From NCBI GenBank assembly GCA_029953675.1, contig JAMWBK010000009.1, positions 620,001 through 684,000 of the forward strand: a stretch of 64,000 nt of DNA, in the 5' to 3' direction. Positions 12,700 to 25,747 of this stretch are shown here, in pieces. This DNA comes from Rhodosorus marinus CCMP1338. Taxonomy: Eukaryota; Plantae; Rhodophyta. The translations under genes and the position numbers were made by a program. The stretch's first letter is position 1. Each line of letters begins with the position of its first letter. The notes beneath the pieces are model-generated. The model saw nothing but the letters and a program-made list of their open reading frames with translations, did not search any database and had not been told where the DNA came from.

Positions 12700-13980
12700 C
12701 CCCTCCTAAGATGCACAACTAGGATACTTATCGTCCATAAAAAAAGCTTCATACAAAGTATGCTTCTGCTAGCCGAGAAAACCAGAAGGGGTTAAAAAAT
12801 GGTTCGAAATATTCCCCCAAGCTGCTTTGCAACAATATACAAAATACACACCCGACAATCTCTACCCCCCGCCCAAACCAAATTATCACAGAGAAGAAGC
12901 AATTGTACCTACCCTTCAAATAATTCAGAAAATCAAAAAGGTTCTAATTAAATTTGAAAAACGATAAGAACTACAGCACTAGAACAATTTTTAAGCCGTA
13001 ATCACCACCCCTAAAATAAAACTTCTCCCAATCCGCCCACCTTGAAACAAGGGCTCAAAAATTACAATCAGCAAGGTACCGATAACACCCTCCGATGTAT
13101 GTAGGACCTCTAAGAACTCATCCTTTTTCTTTTTTGGTAGAATATTAACCACCGTGAAATTTTCAACAAGTCCAAAGATCGTGCTAGAAAACTATGGAAA
13201 AAGATCAAAGAAAACAGAGGGAGGGGTGGGGGGAAGATTGGGGAATCTCGGCTATATGATTGTATTCTTAATGTTTTCAAAGGGCAGCTACGGTTTTTGG
13301 AAAATTGTCTAACGAAGAAATGTGGAAAGGGTTTGACTTGTTTGGGGGTAAATAGGAGAATTACAAAATGGATGGGATTTTATTACTTTTTTTTTTGGGG
13401 GGGGGGGGAGAGAATTGGATGTTGCGTTTTTGGTGGTTTTCGGGTAGCGTGGTAATGGGGAAAGGAAGGGGGAGGGGTGGGAGAGCGATGAGAGGACGGG
13501 GAGGAAAGAGGAGGGGAAGGGATAGTTAGTTGGTGTTTTATGTGTTTTTGGAGGGGGAATGGCGATGGTGGAGGGGGCTAAGAACTTATCATTCTAGCGG
13601 TGGCGGAACCCAAAAGGAGGATGATTTTGGGGAAGATGAAGGTGTGGTGTGGTTGGTTGGGATGAGGATGGGGTTTGCGGGGCTGAACTGGAGGAGGAGC
13701 GGGATCACTTTGGGTGGACAGTTTTCTTTTTTTTCCTCATGAGTGAGTAGGGTTGAGGATGGAGAGACCGAGGGCACTGCTGCCTGAGGGGTTGGTGGTT
13801 GTCATGTTGAGCTTGCGTTGGCGAGGCTGATACCTGTCTGTGGGCCATGCTTTTTGTTGAAAGGGTGGTTTCGTTGGGTGTTTTTTTGCGGGCTTTGCTT
13901 TTTAAGCAAGTCGAGCTTGGTTTTTAGCTTTGGTTTGTGTCTTGGTGTTGACTATTGTGATTTTTGCCTTGTGGGCGTGA
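12700..13980. promoter_or_regulatory. Intergenic skew-switch module (C/A-rich, AT-rich core, G/T-rich); clearest example of a recurring unit
   Basis: Directly visible composition: G-poor left flank (cccccgcccaaaccaaa), AT core, C-poor right flank with G-runs leading into the kinase ATG. The promoter or origin role is inferred. Confidence 0.5.
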
Positions 13981-16900
13981 TGGACGAGGGCCGAGGGACA
14001 GATGAGGACAGCTTGAAGAACCATAAAACCCTTTCTAGCAATATTTTTGAACCTTTCAGAAAGCTGTCCCTTGATCAAACTGCTTTGGGTCGTGGGAAAC
14101 GGGCAGGATCCACTGGGGTTGATAGTCAGACAAAAACTGACGAACATTCAAGAAGCGTGAGTGGTACCGACACGAAGCAACCTGTCGAAGGAAAAAGAAG
14201 GGAATCTACACGTGTAGCGGGTCCCAAGCGAGCTGTTGGCGGACGTAGGCGAGGAGGAAGAGGCAGCAGGAATGAGACAGGACGTCAAGAACCAAAGAGA
14301 GGACGGACCGAACGGGCTAGGGCAAGTCGAACTCAGCCCGAAGATGAGGGTATCGCGGCTCAATCAAGCGAGCCTGAGAGCGATGCGCTAAGACTTGGCA
14401 CTGTTGTCACTACGAGTGATCTAGCGACTGCCAATGTCAACTCCCAAGCCTATGATGCAGACCTGAGCGGGGAGTCGGACGTGGAGGAAGAATACGCGAC
14501 TCCTTTGGAGACACGCTCCCCGTTGGATTCGAGACCAGCTCTATCTGCGAATGCCTCTGAAAGCTCCATTTTTTCGGGAAGCTTTATTCACATCAGTTCT
14601 CCAGCTGCTGACGATAGGGATGAAACGGAGGACGTCTCGAAGGCATTGACTGCGGAAAGTAACGAAGATAGAAAAGACGGCAGCACGGTTCAAAAGCAGG
14701 ACGAAGATAGCTCTCGCCGAAGAGGTTTTGGCGACCTTGGCCTGAAGGGGGGTGAAATTGACATTCGAAAAACTGGGAGTGAACCGGATATATCTGAGAT
14801 ACTGCTTCGAACCGGGGGAGCAACTGCTGATGAGGGAGTGGCAGACGCTGAAGTTGATGATCTTGGTATTTTTCGAGGAGCCCACAAGCAAGTAGCGTGG
14901 AGCTCTGAATCTGCTAGCTATATTCCAACTCCGGATGCACGTAGCGAGGCAGACTCTACCCGTGAAGGCTCGAAGCTTTCTCTACCGAAGAGCAAAACTG
15001 CAAATGGCAGGCTCATGGCAGGTGAAAAGACCGCATCATCGCAGTTGCAGAATCTCCTCCCGCAAAACGAATCCCCTCGATTACGCAGGGGAAAGAAGGC
15101 GGAGAGAATCGAGGTAATAGAGGACGGATCGAGGATTATTGTGGCGAGACAGAATTCTAGAAGCGCCCACGGCAAAGGTAATATCTCTAGGAGAGCGCAG
15201 CATACGAAGAGCGTTGACAGAAACTTTCTGCGGAGTGGAATGAACAGTACTCGACAGATTTCGTCCAAATTTCTCAAGGGGAAACCTGCGTTTGCTCCTG
15301 GGAAGCAGATCCACTCGGGAAATGTCTCGGAGGACTCTGAATACTACGATGATGATGAGTATGAGTATGAAGAATCAGACTTCGAAGACGATGACAGTTT
15401 GGCCAACTTCCAAGTCCGACTGGAGGATGGATCCCTCTCCGAGGGCTCGTTTGTCCGAGTAGCGTCGGAGTACGAACTTGAGGACAACCTGTTTTTCGAA
15501 AACTCAGAACCGGAGCCTAAAGTGGATAGCAAAATAGCCGACAAGACCAGTCCATTTCCGCACAAAGCATCTCGTATGCTGTCGCATATGGAGAGGATAA
15601 CTACTCTGGACTGTATCGTCAGACTCCTGGCTGGAACGAAAGTCACGAAACGCCTGCGTTTTAAGAGGTTAGGTGAGAGGTGGATTTACCTAGGAAATGA
15701 TCTCGCGACCCTGAACTGGCGGTCGTCCAAGAGGAGCAAAGACATCGAGTGCCTGATACTTAAGAGAGTGAGGAAACTGCAGATTCGAGACAGGCTCCTG
15801 AAAATTTCAACTCGGACATATAGCTTAAAGGTCCTTCTGGAGACTCGTGATGAGGCCAAGACGTGGTTGACAGGTCTGGTTCGAGTGATTCCGAGTTCTG
15901 TTGAAGTGCTGGATGGCAGAATGTTGGTAGCGATGCCGTCGGCCTACGATCCGCTGAAGGATTCCTGGAGGGGAAAGGCGCTGAAGGATTGCAAGCGCAT
16001 TAACGAATATGTACTGCTTGGGAATATTGGACATGGAAGTTTTGGAAAGGTCAAGCTGGCACTGTCGGTCAAGGACAAAAAGTTTTTTGCCGTGAAGGTA
16101 GGCAAGTAGGGCCATTAGGCCTGCACTGGATTCTGGCACGTTTCTAAACCAGTTTTTTTGTTCCGTTGGCGCAGATTATCGCGAACCCGACCAAGCTTAA
16201 GCGGCTACTTCTACCTTCGGAGAAGGAGGCCGCGGCACGTCTGAAGAGGCTGTCGCATGCAAATATTGTAAAGCATAAGGACATTTTGTATCACGAGGAA
16301 AAGCAGAAGATTGTGTTCGTATTGGAGTATATGTCGCGTGGTGTTCTGCAGGATTGTAGCAAACTGGAGCACAACAAACCTATGAGCGAGGACCAAGTGC
16401 GGGAGCAAGTACGAGACGTCGTAAGTGGACTGCTGTACTTGCACAAGCAGGGCATTGTCCATCGAGACATTAAGCCAGCAAACTTGTTAAGGTCGGGCGA
16501 TGGCCGTGTAAAAATAAGCGATTTCGGTAGGTTTATGATCAAGGATCGTTGGGGAGGTTGACGCGAGGAACCCAATTTGCATGGGGCTTCTCGCTAAGCT
16601 GACCCTTCTCCTCCGTTTCATTGGCAACAACAGGAGAAGCGAAGTACTACAATCTGAAGTCCAAGGAGGACAAGGAGAACACTGGGGTCCCTGGAACGCC
16701 GGCATTCCTCGCCCCGGAATTCTGTGTATCTGCACATTGCCCGAGAGGAAACGCCAGTCAGTATGCGGTGGACGTGTGGTCACTTGGGGCTTCTATTTAC
16801 TATCTTGTTTTTGGCTCTGTGCCGTTTATTGCGAAGAGCATCCTTGCCATGTACGATGCTATATGTACAGAGGAGTTGAAGTTTCCAGAAGAGCCGAAAG

Positions 16901-17100
16901 TTACGAGAGCGCTGAAGGACCTCCTGAAGGCCATGCTAACTAAAAGTCCACAGAAGCGGGTTGACATGCAGGGGGTCTCAGAGCACCCATGGTTTGGATC
17001 GCTCAGGCCTACCGCACCGAGCGCTCCCATCGTGCAGGTTTCGGATGAAGAAGTCAGAAACGCAGTGAGTGAGGCGCACTGGATTTATCCGGAAAGGTAA
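13980..17100 (+). CDS. Ser/Thr protein kinase, CaMKK/SAK1/GRIK-like, with long disordered N-terminus and PH-like domain; 3' end uncertain (may extend to ~17450)
   Basis: [38 protein letters not shown] and DVWSLG across GT-AG introns. First ATG MDEGRG at 13980. Confidence 0.88.
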
Positions 17101-17869
17101 CCCGTCGCTACTTGTAGTCAAAAGGTATGTCAATACGACTGGCGAGCCGAACTCTTTAGCGATCTCTTTGGAGGCGAAAAGTGGGTGCCTTGTCAGTGCG
17201 CCGGTAGAATCGGACGATTATTCCAGATTACGAAGAACGGGGTATGAGTTCCTGGACTGAGTCAGCTGTATGTGTGCAGAACAGGATGGAGCTGCTCTTG
17301 GATGGTTGACGGCATCTTGTGCTTCCAGAGCTCAGTTGAGTCCAGAGATGACGTGATTTGGTCTGGCTGTTCGCCAGAATTTAGTGCCTCCGATGGCAGA
17401 AGCTTCAGACGTCGTCATTCTGTTGCTTTCTTCTCTTTGTAAAAAGGATATTGCTGCTGTTCTGCCTTTGTTGAACGGGCTTGTGCGAAGGCAAGAGAAC
17501 AGCGGTGGGGATGTAGTTCACGTGTATAAAAACAAATTCGACCTTGACATGTGCGGGTTAAGACTGGAGTTTCAATCTTGAGTCGCGCGTTCGGCCCGGG
17601 AAGGGGAGATCCACTTTCCCTAGTTTGAGGGGCCTGGATTATGAGTGCGGTCCTCTGCATTTCTATTTCCGTAGTTGAACGTGGAGACGAGTTGGTTTGT
17701 GTGTCAACCAGTTCTGTTCATTTCCGCGGAACATTCATTCTCATTCCTGGACTCGTTTCGCCCGCCCTGCTCGCTAAAATACCGTTAATCGCTGGGTAGG
17801 AGAACCTTAAAATCCCCGAGTTGAGCCTTGAATTATCATCGCAATGGCCGTACACAGTAGCTTCTTAGG

Positions 17870-18933
17870 AAAGAACCTACTTCTTGCGACGAAGCATTCG
17901 CAGTCTTGAGCACGAGCGCAGAACTCCGAATTGTTGCAGAACAACAGCCTCCTCTTGCTTGGGAATCCGTACGCGTGGTCGCGCGGACTTGAAGCACTAG
18001 TTCCTTGTACATCCAAAAAGGTCGTAGTTCCGCTCTTTTCAAGCAATAGTTCCCCTCTCGAATCTCCCCCGCTCAGGGAGTGGATCGCATCGGTAGGTCC
18101 TTTTCTCATTGACTCAAGGTTGCCGCATGGATTGTGTTTGCTAGGTACAATCGCGCATGTCTTTGGCCGCGGGCATGTGTCCTCTGTTTCCTCTGGGCAC
18201 TGTAGCGGATCAAGACGTCTCGGCGGTGCCGAAACTGGGGCATGGTCCCCTGGTAACAAATTTGACCGGTAGCATCGCACCTGCACTGGTTGCACCCGGC
18301 GTAAAACAGCTGGCAGCCTTCGAAACATCTTTCGTGGCAAATTCAAAACCGAAGCATATGCACAGTGGTTCCGACGCAGTAAAGCCAATGGGTTCTACAC
18401 CCATTGCACCACAAAGCACATCCTTTGACTGAGCATGGCGTGAAGTCGAGACCTAGACATCCGGGGAGATGCGTGGAAGTTAGCGCCAGATGTGCTGAGA
18501 GTAGAAATTCCCTTGTTGCCAGCTCCCGGTTGGCTTCGCTCCTTTATCCTTACCTGGGGTCTCGTTGGTAGAGAGGAGGACTGGCGAGTCGCAGCTGGTG
18601 ATTTTGGCGTGTACAGAAGTGTCATGCTACCAATGTAGTCACCTTGCTGATACTTCGATCGCTTGAAAACGACAATCAAGGCAGGAGCCCCCCAAGCGAG
18701 CGGTGCTGAGAGAACGATCCTATGGAGAAAAGTGCGGTTTCTCCTCTACGCTCATCGGGCACCTGATCACCTGCCCAAAGTCTCCGCCGGAAAAGAACCG
18801 AACACTCTGCTCTCCGTAACCAGGAAAGAATAAGCTCATTCTTTCCTCTTGAGGCTGTCACTAGGAGACTCAGGAATGCACGTACACAGCAGCGCAATAC
18901 CTGCAAGGTAGGCCATCAACACGAGACCTTCAT
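17870..18933 (-). pseudogene. Pseudogenised copy of the TIMP-like/pacifastin-like Cys-rich gene
   Basis: CTCIP after a hydrophobic leader; in-frame TGA at 18838-18836 where two paralogues have Trp (KE*AYSFLV vs QDWAYTVLV). Homologous blocks ITSCDSPVLLSTNETPG, LDFTPCS, CFEGCQLFYAGCNQCRC and TYRCDPL lie in shifted frames, and the C..L..G.VY.VGG segment is deleted. Confidence 0.8.
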
Positions 18934-20160
18934 CCTTCGCAAGCTTCCAAAGCAAAACCCACTCATCTGAACTAGAAACCAAAGCAAAGACTCGCAATCT
19001 CTTTCACCCACAGACCAGAAGCTCAACTAGCAACTCCCGGAACCCTTACAGACGTTCGCTTCTACAGAAACTACCTCCCTAAATACTCAAAAAGATTACC
19101 ACAACCCAAAAAAAAGTCCCCACTCCCAGAAAACACTGCATCTCGTTTGCGGTTTCTCTGGGAAGCCCAACAACCCATCCACCTAGTCACCCACAAAGGG
19201 TTCCCTTGAGCCAAATCAGATCGCTCCAGTTCCCACCCATACCATGCCTTTGTAAATACGCCTGGAATCCGTACTGCTCTGTCTTCCACTCTCCCGAGGA
19301 TAGAGTAGGGCAAGGATTCCGTCTTCCTCTTCTCAAACTATGAGATGAGACCCTGGGCGGCAGTCCTCCACCCAAACCCCTCTAGCAAAACCGTTAACGC
19401 AAGAAACATAGAGTTTTGATACAAATTGGATATATTTTTGATTTTCGTCTATTTTTATTTAAAATACATACACCGGAAACAAACAATAAATGACAATTTC
19501 AATTAAAAAATAGTCAGCTGTCGGATGTTGCTGAAAATATTACTCATACAATGGTGTACGGCCATATTTTGTTTTCATATTATTTTGAAACGTTTCCGGC
19601 ATTTCGGAAGGGAGTCAGCATCACACTCTCTTTGCTCGGGGAGGGAAGGAGGGGGGAACTATGCTCATCAACATATAAAAAGCGAAATTATTTTAAAATA
19701 TAAGTTTTGAAGGGATATCGCGTTTTAAAGAGGGGTATGAAATATTAGAAATAGGGTAAGAAATTGTATTATAATAAAATTCAGTAAAATATTCTCCCTC
19801 CGGGTTAATTTTATGAATATTATGAGAGATAGAAATTACCGCTTCGTATATTTCCTGAATATGAGAATGAAAAAAAGGTCGATATTTAAACAACGAGTCG
19901 AATTATGGCAATCTTTTTTTAATAGATTTCATAGCGGTGGTAGAGTTTGTACTGTTTTTTGGGGGAATTCGTGCAAGTTTTTACTAGAGGAGGGATGGGA
20001 TCCGATTTGTTGTCTGATATTTTCGGTTTGGGTTGGTGTGTTGGTCTATAGTCTGGTGATAGACTCTAGCTTGGGATAGGTATGTGGTAAATGGGGACAG
20101 GAAGATCATAGGGTTGAAAATGTTGAAACGTCGTTTCCGAGTAGGAATAAAGGGTGGTCT
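18900..20160. promoter_or_regulatory. Intergenic skew-switch module between two co-oriented minus-strand genes
   Basis: C/A-rich 18900-19400, AT core about 19400-19950, G/T-rich 19980-20130. No plus-strand gene starts on the right side. Confidence 0.45.
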
Positions 20161-20325
20161 CTGCCGAGTGCCTTGACGGCACGGGCTGCTCTTGTGAAAA
20201 GCCGGTTTCCTTTATTACTAAGTTGGATGTATTCTATTCGTGGCTACCTCGTGATTATCTGCTTAGATGTGCTTACACGTGCTAAGAGACGGGCTACGCG
20301 AAATCGACTAAGGGATGGACTACTT

Positions 20326-21473
20326 TCAAGCGAACTTGCACTTAAGGCAAAAATTGGACGTATTACAGTACTTCCGCTTTTTCCAGCCCTGAAATCCAGG
20401 CGGAGAAAGCGCGCAGCACTCGTGCCAGAGACATCCCAGTTCATCGTAGTTATCAGCCTTTTGCAGACAATTCTTTCTCTCCCACTCGCTCCATTCGGAA
20501 AGCGGATCACATTTGTAAGTCTGGCCCCACACAACTACGAGCTTGCCACACGGGTTATGCTTGCTTCTCACGATCTTGCACTTCTTTCCATGTGGGCAGA
20601 ATTGCCGCGGACAACCCTCCGGCTCAATACACCTCGGCGTCTTCATGGCCCCGGGGAAACAAAACTTTTTCGTACAACTTTCGAATTTGCCGTTACTTTT
20701 ACAAGTGCACACGTTACAGCCATCGAAGAATCGCTTGCACCCTTTGAAGCATTTGTTTCTCGCATATTCGAATTTTGTACTCTTACAACGAGGTTCGTTT
20801 TGTTTGGATGGTACTCCCGGCAGTTTTTTGATGAAATTCTGGTTAACGTCGCAATGGTAGTCGTTAAATCCATTGTTCCAAATCGAGCATCCAATAACAG
20901 AGCACGGCTTGAAATTGATACCTGAGTACAAGAAAGCATAAACATTTAGAACAGGTATTGGAGGGCGATGGTTGTGCTCCGATTTTCACAAGCGCACCTG
21001 GGTTTTTGTTCGTAGACAGTAATACAGGGTAGCTACAACTAATAAAGGATTTAAGTTGCCGGTTTACAACGTTCCCACCGACAGTGTAGACTTTCCCAGA
21101 GCTCAAGGTGGCCTTACAGAAGTGGGGGTTGTATATGAAAGTTTTTGCGCCGATGAAGTCCCGCCCGAAATAGACCGAACGTTTTTGAATCCCTTGGATG
21201 TGTACTTCATACCTACATTATCAAAAAATCACCAAAGGAGGAACTAGTTAGCAAAGAGAAGATCTATCGCACGGGCAGCTCGGTTTTCCAGATCCCTTAC
21301 GCATCCACTTGGCCCATCCCTGGTTTGTGAATTCCGCGGTAGACCCTGCTGACCAAGACTGTGTACGCCCAATCTTGCATCTCTAATCGCTCCAGAGTTG
21401 TTCGTTCTAAACATATGCACCCCATAGAAGCACCAAAGAAGCAGGTAAACAACAGAAACCATTTCCCAGACAT
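20326..21473 (-). CDS. Secreted Cys-rich protein: TIMP/NTR-like N-domain plus pacifastin-like module(s) plus Cys-rich tail (3 exons)
   Basis: Signal peptide MSGKWFLLFTCFFGASMG then CIC; YEVHIQG..TFIY..C..LSSGKVYTVGG..FISC; CFKGCKRFFDGCNVCTCKSNGKFESCTKKFC. Confidence 0.82.
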
Positions 21474-24439
21474 TCTCAGATCTAGCAGACAAACCAATAA
21501 TCACTTCAACCGAAGAAAGAGGCCTTGATAGCTCTTCCAAACCAAAGAGTACTGACAACGTAGACCTTCGAACCTTAGAAACATCTAACCACGAACTCCT
21601 CCCCTATTTGTATCCATTGCGATCCGACGTAGCACAGCACAACTGCAACAATTCTCATCAACCAGCTTCAGCCATCCCAAAACTCCTGCCAATGAGAAAT
21701 GGTGTATAAGTTAAACCAAACAATATAATTGTCAAACGGCCAATGACAATACGTTTCCAATCCAATTCGTTCGATTTCACCGTAAAACGATCAATAATTT
21801 CAATTTATGAATATTTTATTATCAGTTGCTTGCCATTTTCATTATCATCTGACACTTCAAAAAAACCAATTGAAAAATTAGAAATTTACTCCAAAAGGGC
21901 TCCCCATGTTCTTCCAGATCGTTGTTGATATTGATTGGTTGAAGTTTCAGCGAATTAGATCGTGTTGATGGACCATCCGGAATATTTACTGATTTTAATA
22001 CGTTCACCACAAGCTGCTTATGATTTCGTTTTGTTTTTGCAAAGATACAGTAAGAAGTAACTGAGTTTTTCACTCATGTTTGTGGTCGGCCACTTCTCAA
22101 AGCGGATTTTTGTGGTCCAAAGTTTGGAGATCGATGCTGTTGAATTTGGCCGGAGAAGGGCGTTTAAGGCGTTTCGTCATCACGACACCACGTAATTCTT
22201 CATCTGGGAGAGGATGAGGGTTGTGGTAGGTTCCTGTGTTGATAGGCTGAGCCCATCTGAGGTAGCTAGTGGGAACTCAGGAGAGGTAGTATTAGTCGAT
22301 TGAGAATTTTCGGTGAGGCAGACGTAGGCTTGAGGATTTCGGATCGGGCACAAATCTTCGACGAGGGATTTGCACTGCTCCCATTCAACAATCCGAATCT
22401 ACGGGAAAGGGCTTGAATTCTTTTGATAAGATGCCATAGACGCAAAAGAGGCGAACCTCCTAGGGCAAGACAATAACCATCTCCAGGTACTGGAAGGCAG
22501 CGCAGTCAGAAATCCTCTTGCAAATCTTCAAAAATAGATTCTTGAAGTCCATTCTAGACTCGAAATTTCTTCAGGTTCCTTTTGCCACCCTCAGTCGGAA
22601 ACATCCTGTTCCTTACCGCCCTCTTTGTTCTCCTGGCTAACCTCTCGCGTAGTCATCCAAAGTAGAATATCTCACGCTCTTGATGGTTAAAAATTAATTT
22701 TCACACGCCATTCCATAGTACCTTTTTATTAAATGTTTCCCTAGATATCAAGTAACCCCCCCCCCATCCCTCTGTTTTTAAATATATTTACAACGATTAT
22801 CAGTTTTTTAGAATAACATCTGATTCTGATATCAATAAATATGTATTATGTTAATTTAATGAGCATTCTGTAGTTTTCAGCGAAGTGAAATAAATATTTC
22901 TTATTATCAAAGTTTTCTAGAGCTAGGGATACCCTCAAGTTTTTTATTTTAAAAATATTGGATTCTTTCCAAGGCGGTTCCATTTTCGGTTTACCGTTTC
23001 GTGTGCTTTACAGGTAACGACTGACTGCTCGTGGCGCTTAGTAATCGCTTTGGCGCTTGGCGCTTGGCGTACGGGCTCAAGAAACCCTCGTAATGAGCTT
23101 ACAATGTGATACGAATCCAGGTACTGGCTCGTAGGTAAGGGCAACCTGGACGGAAGGGTTTTACGACGATGTTCATCTAGCTTAGCGCTGGCTGGATAAT
23201 CCGCTGGAGCGCATGACGTCGCCAAAAAGACCCCAACTGGACGGGCTGGACGTTGGATTTCCCAGAAATAACGGTATTAGAGAACGTCATGGGATACGGG
23301 GAACTAGAACCATGGCCGGTTGTATTCGAAATGCCGTATTGGGGGGTTTGGTAAACGGGAACCTTAACTTTTCAGCTACATGCTGCAGCGGAACGCTAAT
23401 TGTATCACTAGATAAGGAAAATTCGGCATAGCCCCGGGGACCGGGGTCTAGCTACGTAGAGGCAGAAAAATAGGCAATCCGCGGATTATCCAACTGATCC
23501 CCACTCAGACGGCGAAGGCGAGCTCCGCGCTAAATTCCTAGTGCGTCCTGTTTATCTGAGCTCGTACGTCCCTGAGCTAGTAGTTCTTGGTGAACATATG
23601 ACAGCATCCTTCTCGTAGAAATTCCTGATTGATCTGTCTGATACTTCCAAAGGTTTACCACCGCCATGGGGATGAGTTCGTCACCCGGGTGCTTGGCCGC
23701 CATCTTTTGCCCCCGATTATTTCGCAAATTTCCGCTCTGCGTATGCTTAGCGGCTTAGTCATTATTGTTCCGGCTCAGGCTAACCGTTCACAGACTTCTG
23801 AAGACTGAATCTTTGCATCCGGGATCCTTATGGAACTCATCCAGAGCTCCACACTTGCAAAAGGTCACCTCTGCAAAGAATTTGAAATGCCAGATTGCTT
23901 TGCTGCGTGCAATAGGATGCTGGGCGATGCTATGGACCTGTGATGTCCAGTCGGGAATATCTGTATATATAAATGCTGGGTTCGGATCGACTGCTGATAA
24001 TCATGGATTCCTGTCCTATGCAGGTGTTCTGAACTATGACCCCTCCCTGCTCTAGTGGAGAGTCTTGTTCTGACAGTTTCAGCTCTAGCTGGGTTTTTGG
24101 AATTTTCAGGCGTTCTGGTTTCGGGGTGGCCAGTGCGCTCTGGACCGATGGAAACAAGTATGAAGCCTCGCACGTGCATTCAGACTGGCGTGAACAACTT
24201 TTTTTTTTTTTGTTGGCCGGTGAACTTCCTCGTGGGTGCGTGGGCGCGCCCGCGAGAGGCTGCTTTCCGGAAAACTGTAGGGAAAGAATCTCCGGAGCCC
24301 GCAAACACCTCTCTTGATCATCTATGCTGGAAGAGATATAGTCCAGTCCCATTTTTTTCTTTGTTTATTCGTTCGCTTTTTATCAACCCATTGATCCCTT
24401 CGGGACATGACTTCGCTCTTCTCCCTTCTCCAGAATATT

Positions 24440-25607
24440 CTAGAACGTGCTGAGTCTAACACCGCACTTACAGAAGTCCGATTGGTTGCAATAGTTTTGC
24501 CTCTTAACTCCTCCAGGACCAGAGCCGCGCTTCGAGCAGCAAATGCTCCTGATGCATCCAAGCGTGTCGTAATTGTTATTCTTGAGACATTCCTTTCTTT
24601 CAAGCTTGGACCACTCCGACAAGGGATCACACCGGTATGTCGATCCCGCAAGCACTTTGAACTTTCCGCAACCATTGGTTGGTTTCGGGACAAGTTCACA
24701 CGTCTTGCCAGCAGGACATTCGTGATGAGGGCATTCCTCCGGATCAAGGCACCTCGGTTGTGCTTTCCGAAGGCATGCTAGCCTCGTACACCCGAGGAAC
24801 GAACCGTTATTGGCACACCTGCAAGTGTTGCAACCGTCGTAAAATATCTTACAGCCCTTGAAGCATCTATCGCACCGGAAATCCGAGAATTCTGTGCTTT
24901 CGCAGAATGGTTCCCCCCTGTTCCTTTTGTCCGTGTTTATGACATTCCCCTTCAGATCGCAAAAATGGACAGTTCCATATCCGTCGTTCCATGCAGCACA
25001 TCCACGAGCAGAGCATGGGGAAAAGTCCAGGCCTAGGAGAGCCCTCCCACCAAGCGGAGAAGTTTAGACCAGTGCACCATCAAAGCAACATTCTTTTAGA
25101 GAAGGATTTGTAGACTCAGTCCAGCTTACCGGGTTGCTGATTTGTGGAGAGGAGTACCGGAAAGTCACAGCTGATGAAGTTCTTCTTTCCGTCGATAATC
25201 GATCCTCCCACAACGTACACTTTTCCAACCTCCAAGTACCCTTGACATGAGTTTTTGCCAGTATAAATCCAAGTCTTACCGCCTATGTAATCGTAAGGAA
25301 ACTTCCCAGATCGCCTCAACACCCCTTGAATAACAATCTCGTACCTGTTCGAGGACACGATTGGAGTCAACAAACCACACGCAGGTCGAGCCTCAAACGA
25401 AGACCCCTCCAAAAGTTTTATTCTGAAGAGGCTCAAATCTCACCTTTTCTCTAGGGCCTTATCATCTGACTCTTCTCTCACCACCAAAGCAGAATATACC
25501 CACTTCTGCCTCCAAAACCTCGCCCTAGGCGTTGAAGGAAAGCAACTACACGCAATTCCTGCTCCGACCAGACAGAACAGCAGCACGAAACTCTTGCCAA
25601 ACTTCAT
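24440..25607 (-). CDS. Secreted TIMP-like/pacifastin-like protein, paralogue (3 exons)
   Basis: MKFGKSFVLLFCLVGAGIA then CSCFP; YEIVIQG..TWIYTGKNSCQGYLEVGKVYVVGG; CFKGCKIFYDGCNTCRCANNGSFLGCTRLAC; TYRCDPLSEW. The frame is continuous after splicing. Confidence 0.82.
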
Positions 25608-25747
25608 ACTGTAGACCCAGAAACAGAAAGACCAAACAGAACCAACACAAACCCCAGCTATACTTTCACAAGATCCTCACCTTTCCATCCCCAACCCCAA
25701 CCCAACCCCCAAACTCCCGAACCCATTCACTTCGTTATGTACACATT

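Noticed and set aside
10550-12720. ORFs 10590-11240 (+), 10382-10888 (-) and 12377-12718 (-)
   Set aside because: Flanking skew suggests genes may start here, but no frame can be chosen from sequence alone.
13818-13979. Hydrophobic N-terminal extension of the kinase ORF
   Set aside because: Starts at TTG in the G/T-rich flank; the apparent hydrophobicity follows from base composition. The first ATG is at 13980.
20173-20925. 250-aa plus-strand ORF
   Set aside because: Antisense to the Cys-rich inhibitor exon; no recognisable motifs.
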